A stretch of DNA of 64,000 nucleotides from Geosiphon pyriformis uo1 (Eukaryota; Fungi; Glomeromycota). The notes under the pieces are model-generated. The model saw only the letters and a program-made list of their open reading frames with translations. It was not told the origin of the DNA and searched no databases. Positions within the stretch are counted from its first letter, which is position 1. Each line of letters opens with the position of its first letter. The position numbers and the translations under genes were made by a program. Positions 13,536-29,541 of the stretch are shown one piece after another. The stretch is from the NCBI GenBank assembly GCA_016748015.1, contig JAAOMT010000762.1:620001-684000 (forward strand), in the 5' to 3' direction.

Positions 13536-16500
13536 CAAAAAGATTAAAAAAAGGTATACTTACTCTTTTTTTATATGAGTTTACCATTAATTTTATTATT
13601 TATAACCTAATTTTTTTTAACAGCTTCTTGCTATTACTCTTAATAATACTGTAAATAATAGTACTTTTATAAAAGAATTAATAAGAAAATTAGAAAAGAA
13701 AAACATTCAATAGAACTCAGAAAATTTTTAATTTTGATACTTTGATCATATTTTAAACTTGACAGTACAGGTGGCCCTAAGTAAAATAAAAAATAATGTT
13801 TTCAAAGTATTTATTAAAAACCCAAACTAAATATATTTACCTAAAATTTTCTAATATAAACTTTGTATAAATCAAAGATTAGAGAACTTAACTTTGCAAT
13901 TTGTACTTCATTTCAACATTTTGAGTTCTTTAAATGCATCTATAATACATGTCAAATTAAATATTATAAACTTATTTTGGATTGTCTTACCCAGTAGAAT
14001 TTTACTTATAACATAATTAGAAATAGGTTATCTCTTAAATTAACAAGTTATTTATTTCTGATTCCATATATTTTGAATACAAAAATTCTAACTGTAAATT
14101 TATAAACATTAAACACTCTTACTAACACTCATATTGATTTTTATTAATATGTTATTTTACATAATTAGTGGACTGTTTTTGATAAAATTGCTAAATTCCT
14201 TGAATTATTTAAGAATATTATGATTAAAATGTCAGCCAGTTCAAATAATACTGCTTTTTTAATTATTTTTCTCTTTAATATCATTTTTAATTACATCAAA
14301 GACACAGTTGATAATAATGAATTTGGTAAAGCATTATAATCTTAATTATATTTATTTAGTTATTTATTTAATATATTTAATATTAGATCTATTACTTGTT
14401 ATAGTAATTAGAACAGTAAGAAGAAATTTGGTTGAATATTATTTTAAAACAAATACAACTATAATGCTTTATACTGCATTGGATTCAAGAAAAAAATTCC
14501 ATTATTTTACCAAAAAAAAATTTTCAGATAATAATATTAATAAAATAAAAAAATTGTAAGTTATTAATTTATTTAAACAGTTTTATTTTTCAATTCTTAT
14601 ACAATAAATAAATTTTTAAAATACATACTTTTTTTGAAATAAAGTACACACTAAACATTATATCAACATTAAATAACAGTTTTTTGTTGAATAGCAATTT
14701 TAATAATACTATAATATTAGTCATACAATTCATATTAAAAGCAAATTTTAATAATAATAAGGAAAAAAAACTTAATAAAATTGATCATTATATCTCTGAA
14801 AAGATGACCAATAAAGAAATAAATATAATAGTATGATAGAAAATATATTACAAAAAATATTTATCTAAATTAATATTTTATTAATAATTTAATATTTAAG
14901 CATATTAAACACAATTTTTCTATCTTTCATATATAATTTATAATTAGTTGGCAATTTAAAAATCATCTGTTGCTTTTAAACATGTTTTTTCTACAAATAA
15001 GAATATGATTGCAAATATGAAATCTTGTTTATTGTCTAAAACTATAAGAGCAGCAAAATGTTTTTGATTATAGATACAAAGATTATTAAAAAAAAAATTA
15101 AATAATAATATAATATAATATAATATTTTTAATAGTCAAACTTAAACATATTTATAAATTTCGAACTAAACTTGAATCAGACTTGTTGTATGTGTTTGGA
15201 TTTGGTTTGAGTTCAGTAATTTTAAGTTTGGTTCAAGTTTAAGTTTGAAATTTTGCCAAATTTTTTGTTTGAGTTTAATTTAGTTTAGTGGTTTAATTGA
15301 ACTTAAACCAAACTGAACTAAATATTAGAACTCTATCTGTCTTACAACCAATGCAACAACAATATTAGCAACTTTTACTGGTTTAACAATATTAATTATT
15401 ATATATATAATAATACCAAATATCTGTGCAAAGATTGGTTTTACATAATTAATTCTTAAACAATAATAGAGTTAATTCTAACAATCAAATAGTTTTTTAC
15501 AATACAGCTCAACAAAGATCTAATTATTTCTATATTCAATCTAGCTATTTAATAATGTCTAAAAAACAGAATTTTAACAAACTGCATTTTTTAAAAGTAA
15601 AGCTACAACACCAAAACAAAATTTTTCTAGGAATAGTTATACTATTTTACCAGCCAAAATTGCTAAAAATGCCAACTTTTTAGATATATTTCTATTTAAA
15701 TTTAAAGCAAATAAATCATCATTTTTGTTTAGCAATACAGCTGTTATAAAACAAAAAATAATTACTATTATGTATATTAAATTTGCTTAATTTTAAACAG
15801 TAAATCTGCCAAAAGTATTATTATGTATTAATTAATACAACAACTTAAATAAAATGTGAACAAACCAGCCTAAACAATTATTGTTACAGTCAATAACATA
15901 AAAAAAACTTCAGTTTGAGAAATTAATAATTTTTCTTTTACAATTAATAAAATTATCATTCTAATAAAAGTTTTAGTCATAAATATATTCCAATGTCAAA
16001 TTCTAATTGGAAATAATTGATTCCTTAAAGTCAATAAAAATTTAAATTGAGAAATTAAAAAACTCAAAATTTTATATTAAGAACAATATACCTAAATATT
16101 TATTATATATAATATTTTCAACAAACAATCTGAAAAAGCCCCAGTATTTAAATTCAAGAAAAAAAAATTGATTACCAAGACTTATATGGTTTTTAAATTA
16201 ACATTTAATTGGACTGAAGAAACAGAAAAATTATTTAAAACATTACAATTAATATTATTATGGCTTGAAAAAACTAGTTGACAATTTATTTCTATAATTA
16301 AATTAATTAATAATTGGTATGTGCCATATTTAAAACCAGAACTAAGAAAGCAACTATCTTATATTTTATTTAGATGTAAAAACTGCAACAAAAAGCTTTT
16401 ATTATAAAAGCTTGTATATTGTTTAAAAAAAAATATGAAACTTATATCTGCTATTACTATAAGACTTATTATCAAAAATAATTTGGCAGTTCAAAATAAA

Positions 16501-17559
16501 GTGGAAAATAAAACAATATACTTTGTTTTACATATAAAAAATTGCTATCTGAGAAATACAACTGAATTAATATTGCAATAAAAAAAAAGTATGTAATTAA
16601 ACTTGTTAATATGCTTTATTAATTTTTAAAAAAGTTAAAAAAAGAACTTTTTTTAATGTAGCTTACAATAATACTCTTAACAAACTCTATTATTACTTAA
16701 ATAATGTTAAAATAATCTATAATTTTATTATAGTTTTAATTAACAGAGCCACCTAAAAAAATATTTGTTAAATAAAAAAAGTAAAATACATCAAATATAT
16801 AATAGAATTAATTAGATTTAATTATAAGAATAAAATAGAAATTTACTGGTACTAGATTTTAATAGTGTTTATGAAATTGTTTTGGATTGCTTAAGATATC
16901 AATAAATATATTTGGATTGGAAATTAGAATGGTTTTAACAAGTTCTGATAAGTTGTTTTTAATGGTAAGTATTTAACTGAATGAAGTGTTTTTGACTTTG
17001 GCACTTGTTATTTGCCAGATTTTTGTTTTTGTTATGTAAATAATTGTTTAAATATGAGAGAGTTTTGTTCTATACAACATTAAAAAGCATTTTTTACTTA
17101 TTTAGTTGCTAATAGGAATCATGTATTGATATAATATGTTATATGTTTTTTCTTAACCAAAAATTTTATTTTATATTTTTTTGTCAAGTAATGTTTTTCC
17201 ACAAGCAAAACATGTTTTATTGTTCTACTTTTCTTGTTGTTTTGGATACTTTAAGTGTTTTCTGTAACATAGTTTATAATAATAATAGGTAAGTATTTAG
17301 TAGTCTTCTTTTGACAAGATTTTATAAAGAAAAGCTTTTTTTACAATTAATATATTTAAAAGAAATATAAGATAGTTTTTTTTTTAGTTCTGCTAAGTAT
17401 AGAACATGCCAATCATTATTTGTTTTTTCTGTAGAGGTAATGACTTGAAGTTTATTCTTTTTTTTTTTTCTCTTTTTTTCTTAGATAAAAATTGATAATA
17501 GCTTATTGTGGTTATTATCAGCCCATGAAACTTAATAGACTTCTCAGATTATATCAATA

Positions 17560-18088
17560 AAAATATCTATTATCATTTAATTTATGTTGTCACTACTTGA
17601 TTAAAAAATATTAATTATTTTCATATTATCAACAATCTATATTAATAGAATTTTAATGCTTAATTATACTGAACCAATAGCTCTTAATTATGACTATTAA
17701 TAAAATACTAATCTTGTATTTCTTTTTTTTTTTTTTTTTATTCTTGTTATTTTGTTTTGTTTTGTTTTTTTTTGTTTATTAATTAATTAAGAAATTAAGT
17801 ACTAAGTAATTAACATTAAAAATAGTTTGGTAAAAAATCTGTAAAACAAGAGTAAAAAAACTTAAAAATAATTTACCAAAAAAACATAACTGCCAGATTA
17901 AATTAACCATCATGCTAAAAACAAAAATTAAAAAAAACTATTAATTAAATCTTTATTTATTATACAAAAGACTTAACCAAAACTTTTAAATTACAAAATT
18001 CTTTAAAAATTATTATTATCAATAGCTATTAAGTACCAAATTACAGATTTGTTATTTGTTCTAATATCTTAAATAATTATCTGTAATA
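17560..18088 (+). mobile_element. Partial family D-like LTR
   Basis: Similar to 8530-9033 (AATAGCTCTTAAT.ATGACTATT; TTTGTTATTTGTT...CTGTAATA end). Confidence 0.6.
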
Positions 18089-18179
18089 ATAACAAGTATA
18101 CTAACAGATTGGCAAACTGAACTATATTATTGGAATTTGCTCTTCTAGTAAATATTAAAAAAAAAGTTTTAATAATTAA

Positions 18180-19085
18180 TAATAAGGTAATGTTTGATAA
18201 TACTTGTTATTTTGTAAGAATTGTAAATAATACTATAAGGCAATTTTAATAAAAAACTAGACCAGATTTTAGTGTTATAAATTTCTTTTATATTGACAAC
18301 TTTAACTAGAAACATACAATCTTAGTTTGATATTTTAATTCTTATATAGCTGTTAAATATACAAACAAAACCATTTTTGATTTATATATATACTTAATAA
18401 AAGCTTTATATAAAAAATTGCTAATAGCAGTTAAAAAGTAATTATACAATTACAGTTATCCAAGTGTATTGTGTATACATTGTAGTAAGGTAGAGTTTTT
18501 AGATCATAATTTTACTTATAGTTTAGATTTTTTTACTTATTAAAATTTGTTAAATGAATATTATTTTTTGTAAAAATTTTTAACTAATACAAATTTGGCT
18601 TTATTTGTGGATTTTCAATTATTGGCTGAGTGTATTATGAATGTTAACATATATACAGTTTTGTGTAAAAAATTTGTTTTAAAAAAATGATTATTAAAAG
18701 TTAAGACCTATTTTAAAAATACTAAATTTATTATATCTAGATTATTTGAATTGGTTAAAGACTTAGTTACTGATCATAGGAAGTGAATATAAATTTTTAA
18801 TTCAAAGTTACAGACTAATATGAGATATAAGAAGTTATTAATTAAAGATAACTCTGTGTTTAATATTGTTTACAGCTTATTTGCTGGGATTTCAGATGGT
18901 ATTGCTTATTTGTTAGAAATTAAAAAAGATATTGTTATTTGTTTTGGCTCGAAAATTAGTTATTTGTTTTTTGCTAGTATGATTAAAGATGTTTTAGTTA
19001 ATATAGTTATGTAATGTTGTCTTGATTGGCCAAGTGACTAGTCATATGTAGTAAACATATGAATCATATTTAATTTAGAACTCTA
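18180..19085 (+). mobile_element. Decayed 3' end of a non-LTR retrotransposon (zf-RVT-like region plus 3' tail)
   Basis: 'YLIKAL...LYNYSYPSVLCIHCSKVEFLDHNFT' remnant, homologous to 25680-26640 (-). Confidence 0.6.
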
Positions 19086-20064
19086 AATAATTGTATTATA
19101 TTAAATAGTAATTGGGCCTTACTTGTAAATAAATAAATAAAAAACATACAAAGCTCAAATAATTAAATTAAATTTGTTAAAACATAAAAAAAATATAGTA
19201 ATTATAATATTAAAAACAAAAAATATAATTTAAAAGAAGCTTAAAAATAATAGCAAGGAATACATACATTTAAAAAACTTTTACTAATATGTAATATTAA
19301 TTACATTAAAGCTTTATTGTAATATGTTTTATATTGTCCTTTAATAAGTTGTTTATTGATTTTTATTTAATTTACAATTATTATTATTATTATATGTTTT
19401 CATAAAAATTAAATTACAGACTAAAAAAATTAGTTATTTATAAAAACTAATATTATATTGATTTTAATTTTACCCAAAAACTTTATAACATAAAGCTTAT
19501 TATTATTTTTAAAATATTTTAATTAAAATAAAAGAAAGAAGACATAATAGATTATGAAGTGCTTGATTGAAGATTCTGATCATTCGTTCTTATGCGAGTT
19601 TGATGTTAAGAACGGGGCTAAGACCCGTAGTTGGAGCTTTCTCCAATGAATCTGTAGTTTTCAGCATTTAAGAAATCTGATGCCTAGAAACAAAAATAAG
19701 AATATTAACATTGACAATAAGGTTTTCGTCCTCAAAGAATGGTACGATGAAGCCTTGAAGTTTTTGAAAAATAGTAAATTGGCGAGAGTGAATTGGCAAG
19801 TGATGGCGTAATTTCGCTGAGATCAGTGTTGCAGTATTTAGTGGTTTAAGCAATGCGGCGCATATCGCCTCAGACGTTACAGACAAAGTCTGTGTGGCTG
19901 GTTAGTGTAAACAACGCATGAGCTACTTCTACTATGTGAACCCATGTAGTACAAGAACACATTCATTATGTTTGATAACAGCTTTGAAATACGCTATATT
20001 ATTTACCCTTTTTTGTCTTTTCCAACAAACCAAAGTTTCACCACTCCCCCACTCTTAAATAATA

Positions 20065-21344
20065 ATGAAAAAATTAAGGCATATTTTTCATAGCAAAAGT
20101 GCCTCAATCTCTTCTCCTGTCCCCTCTTCAACACCATCATCGCCGACAGATGACCAAAAAATACAAAATAAATTTTCATTTCGTCGTACAAATTCTACCA
20201 ATAATATTTTCGGCTCATCGGGAAAAACGAAAACCGTTAGCGCAAAACCAATTCCAACTCGAGCGCTTTCAATAGGAAGAAGAAGTCAAAGTACTTCGGA
20301 TCAAAATACCTTTTCAGTCGCACGAGGTGGATCTCGTCAAGTAGACCAAAATACGACAAAAAATCCTGGAGCATTAGTTGACTCAAACGGGAAACATCAA
20401 TCACAAATACGCTTTGAAGATAAACCTCAGCTTTTAGATTCAGAAAAAAGTAGTTTAGATTTGAAAAAGAAAGTTTCTACTCCGTTAACTATTGTAACAA
20501 AAAATATTGATAAACAAAATCTAACTTTACCTGAGACACCAAATACAGTACGGCAGAATGAGGCGGACGAATTTATACAACAGGCAATACAATTTCATGA
20601 AACAAATCAACTGGAGAAAGCTACATTTTATTTTAAATTAGCTGCTGACCAAGAATCTCCATTGGGAATGTTTTTATATGGTATTGCTTTGAGACACGGT
20701 TGGGTGAGTTGATCATTTAGATTTATGACTTGGAAAGAATTTACTTAACATGGTCAATGTTTGTTGGTTCCTCATTGAAAGGGATGCAAAGTGAATAGGA
20801 ATCTTGCTGTTAGATATTTACAAAAAGCTGCCGAGTCGGCTGTATTCGATCTTCATGCATCTGTCGCGGCAAACCCAAGTATTGCTCGTCATGAATTAGT
20901 GCTGGCAATTTATGAATTAGGTATGGAAATTGTATCCGTAAATTATCAAATTAAAAGGCTTATTTTGGCATTAATTACTCAAAGGTTTTCTGTCAATTTT
21001 TATTGAAGGGATATGTTTTCGACATGGTTGGGGTGTTTCCAAAAATAAAACAACCGCGGCCTATTACTTTGAAATTGCTGCCAAACTTGGTGATCCTGAT
21101 GCTCAAAATGATCTGGGCTTTGCTTACGCAAACGGTGAGGGCGTGAAGAAGGTACTTGACGAATTATATAAAATTTTCAATGAGAATTGAAACTTTACTT
21201 GAAATGGTTTCAATCTTAACTTTTTGCTATGCTTTTCAGGATATGAAAAAAGCTGCTAAATATTATCGTATGGCAGCATCCCAAGGTGCTGGCATCATGG
21301 GGAATTCTTGGATATACAAAAAGAAATATGACGAAGAAAACTGA
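20065..21344 (+). CDS. Sel1-like repeat protein, Dsf2/Nif1-like; 4 exons 20065-20703, 20782-20920, 21009-21151, 21240-21344
   Basis: GT..AG introns join in frame: LRHGW|GCKVNRNLAVRYLQKAAE...IYELG|ICFRHGWGV...LGDPDAQNDLGFAYANGEGVKK|DMKKAAKYYRMAASQG..GNSWIYKKKY. S/T/P-rich N-terminus; CpGs intact. Confidence 0.9.
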
Positions 21345-23003
21345 ACAGCCCTAAGCGAAGAATATTTATAAGATCCATTACTAATCCCTTATTGGAAATA
21401 GCAATTTGTCTGTCTAGAGCGTTTTACCATTAATTACAGGACATTTCTCTTATATGTAATATATAAATTATTTAATATATATACAAATCTTTTTTCCCAT
21501 CTTCCACTTGGTAAATAGTTTTAATTTTGTATATCAAACACATTATTTCATGCTTATTTTAGCCGTGACCATATTAGTTGCATTTATTAAGAATTGGACT
21601 TGATATTTTTAAAAGATTTTGCAAAACATACTATTTTTAAAGAAATTACTTCAAACTTTTAAAGCTTTTGTTTGTTGCATAAAAATTCAAGGATTTTACC
21701 ATTTCAATTCAAAAAAAACAAATTTTTTAATTTACAATGCAAATATTATTAATATTTATAAAAATTAAAAATGGTTAACATTTTCTTTTTTATTGATTTT
21801 TTAATTATTAAAAGCCAAAAAACTACTAAAAACTTATTTTTTCGGCTTTTTTATACTATTTGAATTTAAAACTTCAACAAAACAATATTGTTAACTATAA
21901 AGCAAAATGTATAAAAAAAAAATTTTTTAAAAAAATTTAAAAAAAACTTAATAAAAAATATATTATATATATATATATATAAGTAAATAAATAAATATTT
22001 TAATATACTTTAATAAAATATAATCTAATTATTAATTATGATATAAAATTTAAAATCTTACAACTAATTATAATTTACATACTTTTTATAAATAATTAGT
22101 TATTTGAATTAATTAAAATACTTGGCTTATTATATATTAAACAATAACTTATAAAATTAATTACATATAAAAAAATTTAAATTATTACACAATTTAACAT
22201 AAAACACAAATAAACCAAATTCAAAAAATAAAAACTATTATTATTACATTTTTAATGTAAAGATTACAACATATACTATAAAAATTATTATTAAAATTAT
22301 GTAAAAAAGATTTATATTATCATATTTAATTGACAAAATTAGCTAATAATAAAAAATAAAAGATCAACAATTAGTCCATTACAACAAAAAAATATAATAT
22401 AATCTAACTATTAGTCTAAATTAATACAAAAAATATTAACAAACTAAGAAATACCAATAAAAATTGATAATTAATATATATATTCTGTTAACAACAGACT
22501 TTTTTATGTTTCAAAATTCTAATATGTTTTTATTTGTACAATTTAACATTTTATATCTGTAATTACTATTTAGAAATAATTATTAAAAAATATAATTAAT
22601 TTGTATAAAAAATACATAATTTGTTTTTTATTACAATATATATTACATATTACAAAATAGTTTAAATTTTATTATATTTAATTAAAATAAAATAATTAAA
22701 TTTCAAAAATATGATTAATTCAAACACATAAATATAACTGTTTTTAAAAAATTGTTTTATAAATCAATACTTAAAATAGTGCAAAGTGCAAAGTTCGAAT
22801 TTTGTTTTTTTGATTGACAATTTTGGGCTGATATTTTTATAATGTAATCACAAACTTTTCAGCTTAGCTTTGATTCTGCTTTTTTACCATAATTTTTGAA
22901 AAGTATATAATCAGTAAGGTTTTAAGCCTATTAAAACTCATTACTTCGATGAAATCGAAAAATGAAGGAAAATATACAAATGTAAATAAATAATGGGATT
23001 CTT

Positions 23004-24980
<1,977 letters not shown>

Positions 24981-25328
24981 CTATAAAAAACATAAAATAA
25001 TCAGCTAATAAGAGGTATAAATATTAAAAAATAGCAAAAATGAAACTGAAAGAAGTAGGTTTGCCCAAGGTTTTTACTAAATGAAGTGGAAGGCAATCAG
25101 AAAAATGTCGCTATGACCAGAAGTTCCGAATCCGCAAAAAAGCAAAAGCGTTCGTTAAATTGTTATATTAGAATTAACTAACCTTTTCCCATAGTTCGCT
25201 AATGAAACCTCCTACGAATCGAAATTCATCAGGATTAAAAAAGAATATCGCTAGAATTCTTATATGATCTAGTATTGAATAAAATAAATAATAATATGCA
25301 CCAACTATTCTTTAATCAAGTGGTTGAT

Positions 25329-25460
25329 CACGTGTAATATGAAACATGTATATGTTGAATGTATTTTATACTTTAACAAAGTAAGGTCTTTTTACTACTT
25401 ACATATGCAAAACACACGTGTTTTACAATAGACGCGAATCATGCACTTTCTACACGTGAC
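25329..25460. promoter_or_regulatory. Cluster of three CACGTG E-boxes upstream of the mannosidase gene
   Basis: CACGTG at 25329, 25415 and 25453, at the edge of otherwise CpG-depleted DNA. Function inferred. Confidence 0.45.
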
Positions 25461-25679
25461 CAGCCACTTAAACTTATGTTAAAACATTATTAAGCACTAT
25501 ACAATAATTTTATATAACAATAATATTAAAAAAAATTTTAAAACCAAAATAGGTCAAATCATTTAAAATCACATTATTAATATTATTAATATATATAAAT
25601 ATAGTATTTATATTATAAATTTAATTTAATCTTTTATACTTAGTTTTTAACTTAAATATTTTTTTTTAAGTATTTAATA

Positions 25680-26640
25680 AGTGAAATCCAACTGCTATCT
25701 AGTACATAGAGCCAAACTAAGTGGCTCAAACTAAACGTAACTTATGCACTTACTACATGTGGCTAGCCATTTAGGCCAAACAAAGCAACACTACACACTT
25801 ATATTAACACATATACTACCACTTAGACCAGAATAAAAAAGACAAAGTTTTTAACAGCCAAAACTAACAGCAAAAGACTCAATAATACCAAGCATCCTAA
25901 TCATATTATCTAACAATACTAATGTTTTACTACAAGACAAATCCAACATTACACTATCATCTCCAACCAAACTGGTTTTTTTTATATCAACCCAAAACTT
26001 GGATCTTATGAGTCATGCTTTAGAATAATACAGCTTTACTAAATATCTCACAAAATTTACAACAGCAAAGATGGCTTTTTTCTTATTTTTGAAAATCTCA
26101 GCAGTCTTTATGAACCAACTCTTTAGCACAAATCCCTTGCACAAAACAGCATAAGTTCCAGAATCTGACAAACAATAAGAGAACACCTACAAAACAGCAG
26201 AAAAAAACAAGACACAATTGTCTGCCAAAGCAGCCCATCATATGGAGGCTTTAACCAGAATTTTTTCCTGGATGTTAGCATCTTAAAAACAGGTAAAAAC
26301 GTAATTTGACAACTTCATCTCACCACACAGTAGACACAGTACATCAGGATAGCTCCTATCATACAATTTCTTTCTAATAGTCATCAATAACTATTCATGT
26401 ACAGTCTTCATCAAATAAGTATGAAGATTAGATGACTTTTGACTCATAAAACCAGCAAGCATATGTGAGTCAGGGTGTCAGATCTTTGCAGTGATTTTTC
26501 AGTTTATATTCGTGATAAGTATACCAGAAACCACATCATGATTAGGACTAGCTTTCCAATAAGCATAACAAATAGATCTATAAATATCTTTAACAAAATG
26601 GCAGACATTGCTAGAAACGGCTGTATTCTCAGTCATTAAA
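25680..26640 (-). mobile_element. 5'-truncated non-LTR retrotransposon 3' end (zf-RVT-like)
   Basis: Translates HPDSHMLAGFMSQKSSNLHTYLMKTVH...RKKLYDRSYPDVLCLLCGEM...VFTC; 3' tail motif shared with 19030-19070 and 25431-25475. Confidence 0.65.
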
Positions 26641-29541
26641 TATTAATATCCAAATTTTTTTTTTATATATAATCAAAAAAAATATACAAACTTTAATATT
26701 TTAATAATAACAATTTTAGCAAACATAAAAATTTTAAATATTATTTATAAAAAACAAAAATTTTTTAATTAAAGTTATATACAAATAATTAATAGTATTT
26801 AAATTATTATTATCTAAATAAAAAACCAACAAAAATTAAAAAAATATGTAACAAAAATTAGAAAAAAAAATACATAACAAAAATTAAGAAAAAAAATATA
26901 TACAAAAAAAATACACAATAAAAATTATAAAATAAAAAACATATAAAATAATATACAGTATATAATAATATAAAACATAATTAATAAAACTTTTTTTTTC
27001 TTATATTTTTATAATTACAATCAAAGCAAAAAGTAAAAAAGTTTTAAATATTATTTTTTCTATAATAATTAATAAGATTTTAACAAAAAAAAATTTTTTT
27101 ATTGTTAAAACAATTAAATAAAATATTTTGATTATATTTCTTTTAAATATTAATAATAAAAAGCTGCTTTTAATAACTGCTAAAGTATTTTTTCACCTTT
27201 AATTAATGGTTTTTTTCTAATTAAAATTCTTTTTAAAAGACATATTTAAAATAATCTCTCTTTTTTTGTTTTTAATATTGTTTTTAATAATGTTTAAAAA
27301 ACAATTTTTAGTCATCAAAAATTTTTTGAGTAAATAATTTTTATTTTGGTATTTAATATTACTTTTAAGATTAAATTGGTTTTTGTTAATTTTTGTTTTA
27401 TTTGTTGTTTGACTTTATTGAATTTAAGTTAAGTTTAAAAAATAATATTAAATTGTTTTATATAAATTTTGCTTTTAAAGTTTTTTTAATTATAATTGTT
27501 AATTAATAGTTTTCTCTTTTTGACTATACTTAAAATTGCAAAATCTTCTGTAATAACTTTAATTTCTTTTTTTCTATTTTTGTTGTATTATATAATATTT
27601 TTTTTAGTATATTTTTTAATAATATTAAAAATAGTTTTGGTACTTTTGATGTTATCATCTTTGTTTAGTTAAATTTGTTGGTTTGTAATAATATATTATA
27701 ATAATTTTTAAGGATTTTTTTTTTGCTACTATTACTGTTTTTAATAATTAATTTGTGTTAATTAAAAAGAATAATATTCAGAATTTTTTTTCTTAAACAA
27801 AAAAAGTTATTATTTTTTTTAATATTTTTAAGACCAAATTAGTTAATTTTTTTTTAATTATACAGTGAACTCTCTTTATAATCACATTTTTTGGTCAGCA
27901 TATTTGTGATAACTATAGAAAGATGGAACTATAAAAAATGATTAATATCTTATTACATAATCTATATATCACATGCATAATATAATAACCAATTATATAT
28001 ATTTTATTTAAAAAAGCTATCTATTTGCAACTGTTTTTTCTCTTCTTGAACTTTGAGAACAGTATTATAAATTAATATTTTCAAAGTTTTAAAAAAGTCT
28101 GAATTAACTTTTTCACTATACTGCTCTTTACAATAGCACAATGTATCTTTAAGTGCAGTTTTACCTTAATGTATAGATAGCAAAAACAAAAATTCATCTT
28201 CATTTTCACTTTCTAAATCTTCATTTGTATTAGAATTTTCACTATACTTGTTAATAAGATCCACAATTTCATTCTTTGAGACATAAGTAAATAATAATTT
28301 AAACTTGTTAATATTAATAAAGTCTATTGCTAATAGCTTGTCAATATCAATGTGCTCAATAAAAACTTGTACTTCTTATAAGAGTTCTTGTTCAATATCT
28401 AATGGATGGGCTGGCATTTGATTATTATTCAGAATTCTTATATGATGCCAACAGTTTTGTATTGTAGTTGTTGTTACCACTGACCACACATCAATTAGAA
28501 AGTCAACCACTATTACTAGACGAAATTAGAGATATTGTTTAGCATGAAATTATTCTTATAAATCTTATCATTAATTAGCATATATTATCGTTTCAAATTA
28601 TCATTTATTATATTAGCAAAATGTCCAAAATTATCATTTAATTAATAATCCAATTTGTATATAACACAAATGTAACCTAAGTGCGATGATCAATCATGCA
28701 ATATCCTGAAATATGTAACATTCAAAAGTTCACCAAAATTTGTAGAAATTTGCCAAAATAATTGATAGTTTACCGAAATATCTAATAGTTTGCAGAAATA
28801 ACTTGTAGTTTGCCGAAATGTATTTTTAGTTCAGCGAAATTGTAGAAAAGAGCAAAGTTCAAGTTCATGGAATAGTGTTACAACAAGTTGTATAAAAGAA
28901 AAGCTTCTCTCTTTGAGAAAATATATCTTACTTTAGATTTATTACTTAGAACCATTTCTACATACACAAAAAGAAATAAATATCAAATAATTCGAAAAAC
29001 CAAATTCTTTAATTATTGCACTTAGAAAATCCCTAAAACCCAACTAATGTTTTAAAATTGATTAGCTACCAATTTCAGTAAAACTGTTAGTGACTCCAGG
29101 CCTAGATAGAAAACGTTTTCCTTGACAGAATTCTATTTCTTTTACATTTCTTTTATTTTTTTTCTTTTATTTTTTTATTATAATCATTAAGGTAGCCTAT
29201 AGACGAGATTCCTGTAAAAGAGTTGACTTTTATAGCAAAGTAATTACACATTTTTTAGTAAGCTTCCAGATGAGCAATTCCTGGGAAAGAGTTGACATTT
29301 ACTACAACATAACTACACGAAGCAACTGGCATGGAATTGGCCATTCCACTTATAAGCCCAGTAGTTCAAATTATAGGAGATAATTTGAAGATAAAATTCA
29401 GTTATCGGAGGTTCAAACACTTTCCATAGTCATGAATTAACAGCATTACAACAAACATACAAGAGCTAAGAAGAGACCAAAAACCTCTGGTAACATTTGG
29501 TGCTCTTCCACAGAAATAACACAGTGACAACAACTTCAAAA

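Larger units (their letters stand above)
9925..15335 (+). mobile_element. hAT DNA transposon with decayed transposase (~12300-15100)
   Basis: TIRs TAGAATTTTAAT / ATTAGAACTCTA; 8-bp TSD TCTGTTTC / TCTGTCTT; subterminal AAACC/GGTTT repeats; remnants of LLAITLDN, HILNL.VQ, LILDC.T.WNSTY, ALDPR and SSVASE.VFS motifs. Confidence 0.85.
6442..16850 (+). mobile_element. Old family A Ty3/Gypsy element (5' LTR 6442-7388, PBS, Gag extension, gag, PR, Cys-rich region), 3'-truncated and interrupted by four insertions
   Basis: Colinear with A1/A2: LTR, TTTGGTTCTTCCATAGAAA PBS, gag 9035-9924 resuming at 15336, PR and Cys-rich remnants to ~16850. Confidence 0.85.

Noticed and set aside
60-19014. Short K/N/I/F/L-rich ORFs in the ORF track (e.g. 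60-338, 4575-4796, 7663-7890, 14308-14559; likewise 52085-59917)
   Set aside because: Chance open frames or decayed TE frames in near-pure AT DNA; no independent gene evidence.
19610-19650. Small GC hairpin (CGGGGCTAAGACCCG) as a tRNA or ncRNA
   Set aside because: No cloverleaf or box A/B pattern visible.
25183-25192. ATGGGAAAAG|GTTAGT as the first exon of the mannosidase gene
   Set aside because: Its phase does not join the nearest acceptor (~25110) without a stop; 5' structure left unresolved.
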